Shown here piece after piece: positions 1-12,019 of a stretch of 64,000 nucleotides of DNA (positions are counted from its first letter, which is position 1; every line of letters starts with the position of its first letter). The stretch comes from Dipteris shenzhenensis. Taxonomy: Eukaryota. A program made the position numbers and the translations under genes. The DNA lies in NCBI GenBank assembly GCA_047967505.1, contig CM106538.1, one strand, 5' to 3'. The notes beneath the pieces were generated by a model. It saw only the letters and a program-made list of their open reading frames with translations. It had not been told where the DNA came from and made no database searches.

Positions 1-158
1 AGTTTCTGTCGACACTCCGGAGGTGAAGGGCAGACTCAACCATGACGAAGGCTAGCACTAAAGGAGAAGGCTAATCAAAAGGTAGTCCGAAATCTCTTCA
101 TTGAAGCTACAACTGCTTGTGAAGTCTAAACATTTTCATTTTAGTCTCTTCCCAACGA
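1..158 (-). repeat. Inverted copy of repeat A (reverse complement of ~457-616 and ~1024-1176); runs off the window edge
   Basis: agtttctgtcgacactccggaggtgaagg...cccaacga is the near-exact reverse complement of tcgttggggagag...ccggagtgccgacagaaact. Confidence 0.9.
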
Positions 159-445
159 CAGAGAGGCAAATCTCTATCTCGACACAGAGGGGGATTTGTG
201 GCTGGTATTGATTCTATATGTGGATGACCTCATCATTACTGGGGATCGTACGAAGAAGATTGCTCAGGTCAAGAGACTTCTTATGGAGGACTTCGAGATG
301 ATTGACTTAGGCATACTTCACTACTTTCTTGGGATTGAGGTGAAGCAGGGAAAGAGCAGTATCTTTATTTCACAAGAGAGGTATTGCAGGGAACTGCTCA
401 AATGCTTTGAGATGGAAAATTGTAAAGTAGCTGTGACTCCCATGG
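159..445 (+). pseudogene. Ty1/Copia reverse transcriptase fragment
   Basis: LILYVDDLIITG...FEMIDLGILHYFLGIEV...CKVAVTPM; ends where repeat A begins. Confidence 0.9.
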
Positions 446-1342
446 ATTTAGATATGCTCGTTGGGGAGAGACTAAAATGAAAATGTTTAGACTTGACAAA
501 GCAGTTGTAGCTTGAATGAAGAGATTTCAGACTACCTTTTGATTAGCCTTCTCCTTTAGTGCTAGCCTTCGTCATGGCTGAGTCTGCCCTTCACCTCCGG
601 AGTGCCGACAGAAACTTAGTACAAAGACTTTGTATAAATGGATGCTCAAGTATGTGTGGGTGTGTGGATTTGTATGTGTGAGAGCATATTTTTATACTAT
701 GGTCTACACCCACTGTTGGGTGCTGATGACATCAGTGGGGATGTCATAGTAGCTAGTCCCTGCTATGCATGATGGAGTTTATGGGTTTCAACCTTGTGAG
801 TGACTATCATGAGATTGAAACTGCACTATGTTGTGTTTTTAGAGAATGAGTTTGGGAATGTTCCTTGATTCATCTAGGTATATGCTTTTGCCGTATTAGC
901 GGACATGCAAATTTCACCTTGTGAAGTTTTCGTCCAAGTTGCGGCCTGTTGGTATTGTGATAATTCTTTCATTTATCTTAAATGGTGCGTTGCCCTATCA
1001 GCTAGATTTAGATTTAGATATGCTCGTTGGGGAGAGATTAAAATGAAAATGTTTAGACTTCACAAGCAGTTGTAGCTTGAATGAAGAGATTTTGGACTAC
1101 CTTTTGATTAGCCTTCTCCTTTAGTGCTAGCCTTCTTGAGTCTGCGCTTCACCTCCGGAGTGCCAACAGAAACTCAGTACGAAGACTTAGTATACATGGA
1201 TGCTCAAGTATGTGTGGGTGTGTGGATTTGTATGTGTGAGAGCATATTTTTATACTATGGTCTACACCCACTGTTGGGCGCTGATGATGTCAGTGGGGAT
1301 GTCATAGTAGCTAGTCCCTGCTATGCATGATGGAGTTTATGG
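445..1342 (+). repeat. Direct repeat A, two ~335-bp copies (445-784 and 1011-1342) around a unique 225-bp spacer
   Basis: Both copies run gatttagatatgctcgttggggagag...ctatgcatgatggagtttatgg, with few substitutions and a short indel. Confidence 0.9.
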
Positions 1343-1711
1343 TGGAGTGGACATAAGCTTGCAATCATGCATGTTGAATCTGTCCAAGAGCTTTTGAACA
1401 TACTTGGACTGAGACATAACAATGCCACATTTCTCTTGAATAAAGTGGATCCCCAAAAAGAAATGTAACAAGCCCAAGTCTGACATATCAAATGTAGCTT
1501 TCAATTGGACTTTGAAATCTGCAATTACTTCCTCATTTGATCTAGTGAGCAGCATGTCATCTACATAAAGAATGATGACTAAAATATCCCCCCCATCCTT
1601 CTTGATGTAGAGGGTGCTCTCAGTTGGACTATTGTGCAGCCCCTTGTTGGTTAGAAAGGCATCAATTTTTGCATACCATGCTTGTGGGGCTTGTTTCAGC
1701 CCATACAAAGC
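1343..1711 (-). pseudogene. Ty1/Copia reverse transcriptase fragment
   Basis: (A)[12 protein letters not shown]...LYVDDMLL...FDMSDLGLLHFFLGI...CKLMSTP; cut on its 5' side by the LTR at 1712. Confidence 0.9.
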
Positions 1712-2248
1712 TGTTACAAAGAGAGAGAGTGTGAGAGCAAGAGAGCTGAATGAAGTGCTTGCAATAGAAGAAGTGACTAATACAAGAAGTGGGATGGGTT
1801 TTGTCTAAGTGACAAAACCTTATCCTTCACTAACCGTAGTTAGTGAACTAACTGTGGTTACGGGAAAAAACCTCTAAATGAGGGAAAAGTGCCCCTAACC
1901 TACTCATTACATTACATTGGTCACTGCTGAATTATAATAATAATTCTAACACCCCCCTGCAGTGCCAATGTCATGTACAAGGAAATGATCAATCACCAAA
2001 AGGAGGTAAGTTCAGGGCACTGCGAAATGCCTTAAACTTTTCACATGGAAGTGCTTTGGTGAAGATGTCTGCAACATTGTCATGTGTTGACACATAGATC
2101 ATACTGATCTCTCCTGCATGCAACTTCTCTCTGACATAGTGATAGTGAACCTCAATGTGCTTCGTGCGAGCATGGAACACAGGATTCTTTGCCATTGCTT
2201 TAGTACTTTGACTATCAGTGAGAATCAGAGAAGGACCCTCCAATGAAA
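1712..2248 (-). mobile_element. 3' end of a Copia element: RNase H fragment (1989-2248), PPT (~1952-1958) and 240-bp LTR (1712-1951)
   Basis: KNPVFHARTKHIEVHYHYVRE...ADIFTKAL; LTR bounded by tgttac...tctaaca and followed by a C-run (G-rich PPT on the minus strand). Confidence 0.85.
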
Positions 2249-3343
2249 AAAGAAAGTACATGTGAAATGCCTGTACTTTTGGAAGATGCGATCCATCATT
2301 CTATTGAATGTGGCTGGAGCATTTGTCAACCAAAAGGCATCACTAAGTATTCATACAACCCGAATGTAGTGCGAAAAGCTGTCTTATGCACATCTTGTTG
2401 ATGATAGCCACTCTTCAAGTCTATCCTGCTGAAAACTGTTACTCCTTTGAGCTGGTCAAGCACATCATCTATGCGTGGTATCGGAAATCTATTTTTGATG
2501 GTCATCTTATTCAATGCACAATAATCAGTGCACATTCGAAAAGAACCATCTTTCTTCTGTACTAGAAGTACTGGTGAGCAAAAAGGAGACGAGCTGGGCT
2601 GAATCAATCCTTTGGACAGCAAGTCCTGCACCTGAGCCATAATCTCCTCTCTCTGAGTCACTGACTCTATAAGGTGGTCTATTTGGTGGCTCACTACCAG
2701 GCATTAACTCTATCTGGGGATAACTCCCCTGGCAAGCATCGGAAAAGCAATCTGTAAAGTTTACAAGAAATTGAAATTTATCTTTGTCTGCATCATTCAT
2801 TTCAGCATGCCTATCATTCTCTTTTTCTTTTACAAAAACCATGTATGCAGAAATTGCAGACTTTATTGCTTTACCACATGTAACATCAGATACAATGGGG
2901 ATAGTCTCCCCTTTATTCATGGCAACTAAACACCGGTTTTCCCCCCTATGGATAAAACTCAGCACCCTCTCAGGGTATTCTATCGTTACTTTCTTTCGAT
3001 GGAACCACGGTGTACCAAGTACAACATCATGTTGCTTGAGAGGAGAAATTAAGAAGCCCTCCTGATCTACATAGCTCTGCACATGGACACGAAGCTTTCC
3101 AATCAAAGGAGTAACTTGCATTGGATTCCCTTGGAACATTTGATCAGCATCAAGAGCTCTGTCTAGCTCTTCAGTTTTTATCCCTAATCTCAAGGCTAAA
3201 TCTTCAGATATGAAATTGTCTGTAGACCCTGGATCAAATAGGATTGATGCTTGCTGATCTCTTATCTTTCCCCATGATAGCAGAAGCTCTTTTTCCTTTG
3301 GGTCTGAGGTACTTCCCAAAACATCTGGGACTGCTCCCACCAT
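2249..3343 (-). pseudogene. Gypsy aspartic protease plus N-terminal RT, truncated just before the catalytic DD
   Basis: ORFs 2525-3343 and 2326-2694; continues [27 protein letters not shown] and then switches to Copia sequence. Confidence 0.85.
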
Positions 3344-3349
3344 CGGCCT

Positions 3350-4591
3350 CGGTGGTACTTGTGGCTTTTTTTGCTCCTTAGAACCCGAAGGCTTCTCAAG
3401 GCACTGGGTAGCTATATGCCCCTCTTTCCCACATTTAAAGCATTTCCCGTCTCTGCGAAATTCAGCTATCTGTTCATGAGTGAATGGGGATTTGCCTTTA
3501 TATGACTTTGAAAACTGAGTATCCCTCGGCTTCTGAGGCTGAAACCCTTTCTTTTCAACCTTGGGATACTCTTTTCTGATTTTAAAAAATCAGTTTTCTT
3601 TCTTTCAGCACGTCTTGCATGCAAGGATAGTACCGTGGATGGATCTTGTAACGGCACAAGACTAGCTACTGAAGCTGAATGCATAAGGTCTTGAATGTTC
3701 TTTGCCCCCAAAGCATTCACTACTGCCTGGATTCTTGGATTGAGACTTGCTCTATACTTTCTCATTTGGGTTCCTTTGGAGATCTTTTTGAAAGGTGCAA
3801 CCTGCAAATAAGCATCCCAAAACTTTTGGTTGTACACATCCATTGTATCTCCTGCATCCATATGCAAACTGTCCCAATCTTGAAGAACATGATCTCTAAA
3901 CTGTTTAGGCATAAATTGATGGTAGAAGGCTTTCTTGAAGTCCTTCCACCTCTTTGGGGCTGACCCATCTGTGGTCTGTGCACTCCACCATGCACTAGCT
4001 GTCGCTGTCAACTGCAAACTGACCATTCTTAACTTGGAGGATTTTGAAAACTTTTCTTTACCGAATGTAGCATCAAACTGCCTGATGAACTGCAATGCTT
4101 TGTCTGTATGACCATATTGTCCATCATAGGTCATAAACTTGACAGATTTACCTCCCTCTTTGAATTCCTTGGTCTCTCTAGAAGACTTACTCTTCCTAGA
4201 CTTCTTGTGTCTTGTGTTTCCTTCTTCTCCTGGATGGTTTATCTGATAAAGAAGAAGATACAGAAGTCGAGCTCGAGGTAGACGGTGAAGGATTGGGAGA
4301 TCGGTGATGATGCCTCGATCTATTCCTGCTATGAGACCGTCCCCTATGAGATCTCTCTTTCTCTGGCTGTACAGGAGAGTGTGCCTCTGGCATTGGCACA
4401 TCATAAGCTGCATCAGGCATATTTTTTGCTTGAAACAAATGCTGAGCTCTTAGATCCTTTTTGAGATTTTCCATCTCTTGCATATGAGTGCGTACCATCT
4501 GCTCAAATTCTTGCTGATTTTGCTGCACAGTTCTCTGTCTTGGATGTGCATCCCTATCTTGTGAATCCCTTTGGATAGGTGATTGAGACAT
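3350..4591 (-). pseudogene. Gypsy gag (frameshifted) with Arg/Ser-rich N-terminal extension and C-terminal CCHC knuckle
   Basis: ORFs 4196-4591 and 3466-4413 join by frameshift; capsid-like ASAWW...W..FKKAF..QF; CFKCGKEGHIATQC read at ~3402-3443. Confidence 0.8.
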
Positions 4592-7500
4592 TTTCTTACA
4601 ACTTGTGTGAGATCTGCAAGTTTCTCACACACACTGTGTGTGCAATTGATGCACACAACCTTTGCTTTTCAAAGAGGAAAATTACCTCAACAAGAGGTAT
4701 CTGGCATTCACAATCTATGCCAATACCGGGCTGTCAACTCAAGGCATATACCCACAAAGTTGCCAAGGCATCAACAACTATATTGCCCCTTTTTTGGCCA
4801 CTGCAAAAAGCACTGAGTATGCATCTGATTCCCTTTTCCTGAGCACATAGGCATGCATCCCTTTAGTTGTGCAAATCTCTGATTTTTCTCTGGTTTCTGC
4901 TTTTTCTGACAGTAAATGCTTTCTCAGATAGGTGAAAACTGCTAGCAGAAACAGTCCTTGCAACTTTTTTTTTTTTTTGGACAGTAACCAGATGGGTAAC
5001 TACTGGTTACTCTAACCAGACTGACTGGTTCTGGTCTGTAACTAGACCTCTAACCAGATTAACTAGATTCTGAAGTAGTTGAACCAGACTGGAATCTGGC
5101 TAACTGAACCAGACTGAGATTGTGGTTAGCTGGACCAGTCTAGTCAATTGGACTAGACTCTAACCAGAGTCTAAGTGAGTGGGATTGAGTTCCCTTAACC
5201 AGATTGGTCTGGTTAGATCAAATTGGCTGGACCTTTAATTAAGGTCAACAAAACCATGGTTGACTAATTGTAGTTAATCTTGACAGGGGTTGCTTTGACC
5301 AAGGTCTGCCACCTGGCTGCCACGTGTCCTGCCATGTCGTCACCCTGCATGTGCTGCCATTTCAGCATTAGCTTCCACTGCCACGTCAACATCCATGTGT
5401 CTGCCACGTCAGCTCGTACGTGTGGCTGCCACGTCACCTGTATGCCATGTGTCTGCTGACCTGTGAAGACTACCCCTGCCACGTGTCAGGTCTGCCACAT
5501 CAGCCTATGGTTTGAGACCTTGGCTGGTTAGTTGGCATCGCGCCAGCGCCGTATTTTCTTCTGCAACACCTAGTGCCTACGCAAGGAATCGACGACAAAA
5601 CCTGGAAATCCCGTCAGCGCTCAACGTAGTTGGCTCATCTATTCTCCGTCAATTCACGCCTGGATGAGTTCCAGCTGTAGGAGCTTTCGCATCACAACGC
5701 GTCGTATAGCAGAAGCTTTATGGAGCCTGCGTTGTCCGTCGATGGTCTCGCCTAGTTCTGGCCTGCCTAGCACCGATTTGATGCTCGAGTTTCGTTTATC
5801 TTTGATACCACACCAAGCTTGGAATGTATGATGGCTCTTTAGCTCCCCGTGATCTCCCAACGCCAGAGCCAGTTCTCGGAAAGGACGCTCGCGTCGCCTG
5901 CAAACGCCTTGTGACCACGCTTTGTTACCTTCACGGACTGTCACATACACCCAATCACTCACCACCTGAGCTTTCCGTCTGCAAACATTTAATCACCACG
6001 CTTTGCATTCGCCAACAGGCTATACATTGCACGGTGCTTTACGTAGTCACGGTGGGTCTTTGCTTTCTTTCCCTTTGCTAGAATCATCATAGCCTTAAAA
6101 GGCTATGAGCCTAGGCTCTGATACCAACGAAACCTTCCTTGTAAAAGACAGCAGAAACACTCTCATTTCTCTCCCTCTCTAATGAAACCTTCCTCATAAA
6201 AGACAGCAGAAACACTCTCATTTCTCTCCCTCTCTCTCTCTCTCTCAACAGAAACGCTAGGGCCCAAGACAATCGTCGGGCTGGACCGCGAAGGTTTTTA
6301 TTCATCAGAGAGAAATCAAGTACATCCGTTCAGCGTGGAAGCTGTTCATACAAAAATCCAAAACATGAACGAAATTACATGAGCTCTTTGGCAACAAGCC
6401 ACTTGTCAAACTCTACATTACTTTCCTAATTACATGCCACTAAGGGCAACTTTGGAGTCCTCGAAGCACTTGGTCACGTGAGCCGCCTCCTAGATGCTTG
6501 TTAGGCTCCCGTAGCACTTAGGAAAATAACTCTTCCTAGTACTTGCAACAATTAATTAAAGCGCACCACCATGGCACCCATTAATTGTTAGCGCTTTGCA
6601 TGCAAATAACACATTGTGGACTAATTCTAGTCACGGTGGGTGTCCCCATTGAACACATGTGCACACATAACAAATATAAAAGTATATATTTATTCTCTGG
6701 TTGACCGAAGTCAACACTCTTTATCATAATTAAGGGGCTTTAACCAAGGGTCGAGGTGCCTTAATTATAGTCAAGTCTCTCCAACCGAAGTTGGCACAAC
6801 TCTCTAACCGAAGTTGGCACATCTTGGTTAACCATAGTTAACCCTCTTGGTGCATGCCAAGTCTCGTTGACCGAAGTAATCACTCTCTGACCGTAGTCAG
6901 CTCTGTGGTTCTCTGGTTAACCGTAGTTAACCCCCTTGGTAATAAACCAAGTCTCCCCCGACCGAAGTCAGGTTTACTTGACCAGAGTCAAGTATCTTTG
7001 ACCATAGTCAATTCTGTGACCATTAAAAGAACTCTTTGACCATAATTAACACAAATGGAAAACTCTTTAATTATGATCAAATAAATGGTCAATTGTACTT
7101 TGACTTAGGATATTTGCATTGTGGTGACAGTAGGAGTTAGCCTTGTACATAGTCTTACGATGGGAATATCCTTAAAAGGTTATTAGACCTAGTAATCGAA
7201 AGGGAAGGTACCTTTAAAGTGAGGATTATTGGAGTGGGTTACATCCTTAGTGTGGGCAAATACACGTCGTTAGTAAATCCTATAATTGCGGTGGGTGGGG
7301 TGTGAGGTGTTTGCCATTAAGATTTTCGGCTTTTCCCAACATGAGGGAAGAGCAAACAAGCCAAGGAATACATTTAAAGCAAGGCTGGTTGCTACGAGAA
7401 GAAGCTACTTTCCTATGCTTGTTTTTACAGCAATCAAACACACACACATATGACTCAAGAGGTGCCATAGGATAATTATATCAGTTATCTTTTTGACTCA

Positions 7501-7993
7501 GGGGCATGCATGATGGAGTATACCCTTTTTGCTGCAAGGAGCCTTGGCTTCTGAATTTTGAGAAGGGTATTTTTTAATTTAGGAATGATTGTAACATTCA
7601 GGCATGATTGTAATAAGTGCCAAAACGTTAGTGGGGATAATCTAATGTGGCTAGGGGCCATTTTGGCCTAGAAAGGGCTAAATTCGGATATGGAGGAAAC
7701 TCTATAAGTCCACCATTGTGGGGTACATTTTGATGTGACATCTTCACTACTATCCCTTATCTACTTTGAGCTCCTTGCACCCCCCCCCCCTTCTCTCTCT
7801 CTCTCTCTCTCTCTCAAAATATTGAGCATACGTACACATCTAGGAGAATCATGGGAACAATAGATGTAATTGAAGACTCTATCGGAACAGCCATCCCGTA
7901 ATTTTGGACGCTACCTAAAAGAAATATGAACACTGCAGCAAAGTTCTTGGACTAGCACAAAAATAGCCCAGCAAATACTCACAATGTAGAAAG

Positions 7994-8034
<41 letters not shown>

Positions 8035-8129
8035 CTCATCAAACCTTCATGGTGTGTAGTTTGTAAACACAAAAGGCTTGCATTTCATTTTAATAGCTTC
8101 CCAATTACATGTACTCATGGCTCCAATAA

Positions 8130-8188
<59 letters not shown>

Positions 8189-8189
<1 letters not shown>

Positions 8190-10516
8190 TTTTTTTTTTG
8201 GTGAAACCAGTAACTATAAAATTAACATGAAATCAATGTACATGACATTAGACTCCAAAAGAGAGCCTAATGGAAGAACTCAAAAACAGTGAGAAAACAC
8301 TTCAAGGCTAGTAGCATCCAAGTCCCTCGCAGCATAACTATCATATAAAGATTGCTTGAGGGACATTCTGAAGAAAGCATATGATTGAGGAAACCGTTGT
8401 CCCATCCTAAAATGCAATCTCTGTGTCCAAATAGTCCATAGTACCCAAAAACGAGCCCAGTGAAAGAAAAGGAGGAATGGAGACATCTGAGATGAGAAGC
8501 ATCCAAACATCCAGAAGAGTTTCCCGAATCTGATAGAGGGAAACCGAAGCCGCAGCAAATGAGAGACATGAGTGATCAATATCCGAGAGTGCGGGCAAGA
8601 CCAGAACAAATGGGGAACTGTCTCACGGTGATGAGAGCAACGGGGGCAGGAAGAGGAAGCAATACGACGTGCTTCCAATTTCACCCCAATGGAAAAAGCT
8701 CCCACTATACATCTCCAAAAGAAAAGCCTCTGTTTCAATGGCAATTTAGCTTTCCAAATTTTCTTGAGTTTTGATTGCCACCAAGATAAAGGCCTATCCA
8801 AATTCCAAAGAGTGTTGGCATGCTTATCAATCCATGGCGGTGGAAGAAGAAATCTGTAGACCATCGAGGATGTCAAATTATGCATTGAAAGTGAACAGGT
8901 AGCAGGAGACAAGGAAGTCAGATTCCAGTCGAGTAATCTGTCGTGTACAAACAGCAGAGGAACAGGAACAAATGGCTGCAACATAGTTGTAAGTATTCTC
9001 CAAATGGGCCTATGATGCAGACCCAAGGGGAATGTCCTGCAAGCTTGTGGAAATGAAAGCACATAACCATGTTGATCCACCACATCTCCGACAAATCTAA
9101 TGCCCAATTTCATAAGATTATATGCTTTAATAGGTGCCTGTAAAGCAAGAGGCGATTCAAACACCTTGCTCCAATGGATGCTTTCCAAACGAAGAGAATT
9201 ACCATGATGGGAGGAAGCACCTGACCATTTAGCATAAGAGAGAATTCTCTTCCAATCATGAATTAAAGCGGTAGAAAGAGGACAGCCAGGAATTTTCCCT
9301 TGAAATGTAGTCATGACTGCTTCCGAGTGATCTGTAATCCAATGCCCATATGCGTGGGACTTCATGTTTCCACACATAGCTGCTAACATAATAGCCCATG
9401 GCTGTTTTTGCTGAAAAAAATCTGCAATCATAGTGCTCTTTCTTGCCAACATATGAAACTGAAGATTGAGAATATTCAGTCCCCCATGAGTCTTAGGAGA
9501 ACAAACAGACTGCATGGGAAGTAGTCGCAAAGCCTTTTTGTGAGATTTACTTTTCCAAAATATCTCCATAGCCTGGGACATATAGGAAGCCAAATGCTTA
9601 AAAGACCAGTGAAGAAGAGGCAAATAAAATTGTACATCTGCCATAACAATAGACTGTACTATCCGAAGTCGAACATGTAGAGGCCAAGTTGACAAGTGCC
9701 AGTATTCCGGCTTCTTGTTAATCTTTTGAAGCACCCATTTAAGCTGTTGTTGAGTGGTAATATTCCAGCCAATGGGATACCCTAAATGCCTCACAATGGT
9801 ATGAGAAGAAATAATGTGGCCTGGCTAGAGAAGTGCATGCCAATAAGCTTCTTTCAATGCTAGAAGATTCAATTTCTGAAAGTTGATATGCAGTCCAGCA
9901 GCTATGCCAAAATCATTCAAAGTATGCATCAAGTGAGAGAGGTCACGTTGAGAATTCCTGGGCATGAAATATGAATCATCAGCATATGCCTGTGCAAGAA
10001 ACGGCTGTGCACCTGGAATTTGCAAGCCATGAAGCTGCCCAGTATCTGCAAGATGGTCCATATGCAACAATAACGGATGAGTAGCAATGGCATACAATAG
10101 CGAACTAAGAGGGCATCTCTGTCTCACTGAACGGGTCATAGTCCATGTCCTTGACAACCCACTACCAAGCAGACACTGCGCAGTGGCATGAGAATACAAC
10201 CAGTAAATAACATGGACCAGCCGAGGGCCAAATCCCAATTTATGCATAGTCTGAGAAATAAAATCCCAATGGACAGTATCAAATGCTTTCGCAATGTCCA
10301 CTTGCAGAATGAGAACATCTTGTTTAGAATATTTGGCATACTCAATTGCAAGCAAAACATTGGAGATATTGTCAGTAATCTGCCTTCTGGGAACAAACCC
10401 ATACTGCCTGGGATGAAGTCCTGCCTTCAAGATAAATCGAACCCTAAGGAAAATCATCTTGGCAATGAGTTTGTAAATGACTGACATAAGAGATATGGAC
10501 CGCCAATCAGCCATTG
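8189..10516 (-). mobile_element. 5'-truncated L1-type LINE (RT and zf-RVT) with poly(A) tail, inserted in a (CA)n tract
   Basis: WRSISL...VDIAKAFDTV...AYADDS (9825-10515); 504-aa ORF 8280-9794 with CPRC...ETVPHLFWSC; T10 at 8189-8198; both flanks tctc(ac)n. Confidence 0.92.
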
Positions 10517-10517
10517 T

Positions 10518-10574
<57 letters not shown>

Positions 10575-10876
10575 TCATGCATAGACACAATATTCTGTTT
10601 GTTTTGTTTCTCTCTTGGGATCGTGGGATATGCCTTTGAGGCATCTTGAGATTTTTCCTGCCACGTAAAAACTACTCTTCTTCGTCCTCCTTGTCCTCAT
10701 TGCAATCCTCTATCTCCATCTATGTCTAACTCTGTCACATCTCTCTCTACCCCCTCTCTCATGCATTATTCTCTCTCTCTCTCATCCTCAAAAAGCTTAT
10801 GGTACACAATTTGTAAACACAAAAGCCCTACATTTCATTTTTATAGCTTCCCAGTTTCATCCACTTGAGGTTCCAT

Positions 10877-10952
<76 letters not shown>

Positions 10953-11688
10953 CCTCTCTGTCTAATTTCTCTCTTCGTCCTTATTATAAACCCTCTATCT
11001 TCGTGTATGTCTAACTCTGTCACATCTCTCTATTTCCCCCTCATTCAATGTGTTTCGATTGTTTTGATATCAAAATTTGGATATTTGTAGGAAAAGTTGT
11101 GAAACTTTTGTTAGCCAAAACAGGTATCTAAAGGAGGGCGCTGAAGCTCTCCTCTGGACGCCAATTTGGGCTAAGAAAATTTGCTTTGATTCCTTTTTTT
11201 AGTCTCTCTCTCTCTCACCCTTTTTATCACGATAATTTGTCTTTTTTTCCGATCATTTTGGGCAAAAATTTTAGCCCAAAAAGGTGCAAGAGGAGAGTTA
11301 GCATGCACATAATTAGATTAGAGATAGAATTTCGTGAAACTAATAAGAGAAGTGAGCTCATTTGATGTATTTCGATCGTTTTGATACTAAACATGACTAT
11401 ATTTGGACATTCCTAGAAAAGTTTGTGAGTTTTCTTTTAGCCCAAATTGGTGTCCATAGGAGGGCGTCAACGCCCTCCTCTAGACGCCAATTTGGGCTTT
11501 AAAAACTTTCTTTGATCCTCCTTGATGATTTGTCTTTTTTTCGCACCATGAATTTTATTTCAACGGTTGTAATTGACCACTATTTAGTTTAATAGTGGCC
11601 ACTCCCACTGAGGGTCTCCAAAGGACTTTAATACAATCATATCATATCATCTCTCTTTCTCTCTCTCTCACACACACATATCATATCA

Positions 11689-11720
<32 letters not shown>

Positions 11721-11754
11721 GCACGCACGCACGCACGCATGCACGCACGCAGAG

Positions 11755-12019
11755 AGCAAGGGACCCAATGGACATTGGGAACTATCGCACTCTCATGATT
11801 GGCCACACATTTGCCAAGATTTATGGATTGGTTCTAGAGAGCGAGATTAGATTATACATAGAGGCACGGGGGCAACGAGCTTTGGGACAGGCCGAGTTCT
11901 GGAGGCAGCACTCTAACCTTGATCACATTTTCACGCTTTGGGCCATCATAGAAGAGTCAAAGTCGAGTTCCTAGAAAGTCTACGCATGATTTATAGATTT
12001 TCAAAAGGCCTTTGACACA
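11755..12019 (+). pseudogene. Non-LTR (LINE) RT fragment
   Basis: GNYRTLMIGHTFAKIYG...GQAEF...DHIFTL...FIDFQKAFDT; starts right after a (CA)/(CGCA)/(GA) microsatellite. Confidence 0.8.

Larger units (their letters stand above)
2249..7243 (-). mobile_element. 5' half of a Ty3/Gypsy element: LTR ~6128-7243, PBS(tRNA-Met) 6115-6126, long leader, gag, protease and truncated RT
   Basis: PBS tggtatcagagc on the minus strand; LTR begins tgtaaccc (7243); gag with zinc knuckle, protease [35 protein letters not shown]...[11 protein letters not shown]...MPFG. Confidence 0.88.

Noticed and set aside
700-760. ctgatga followed by a stem as a hammerhead ribozyme (retrozyme)
   Set aside because: No GAAA box after the candidate stem II, and the second copy (~1281) disrupts the stem
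445-1342. Repeat-spacer-repeat as a TRIM
   Set aside because: No TG...CA termini, PBS, PPT or TSD
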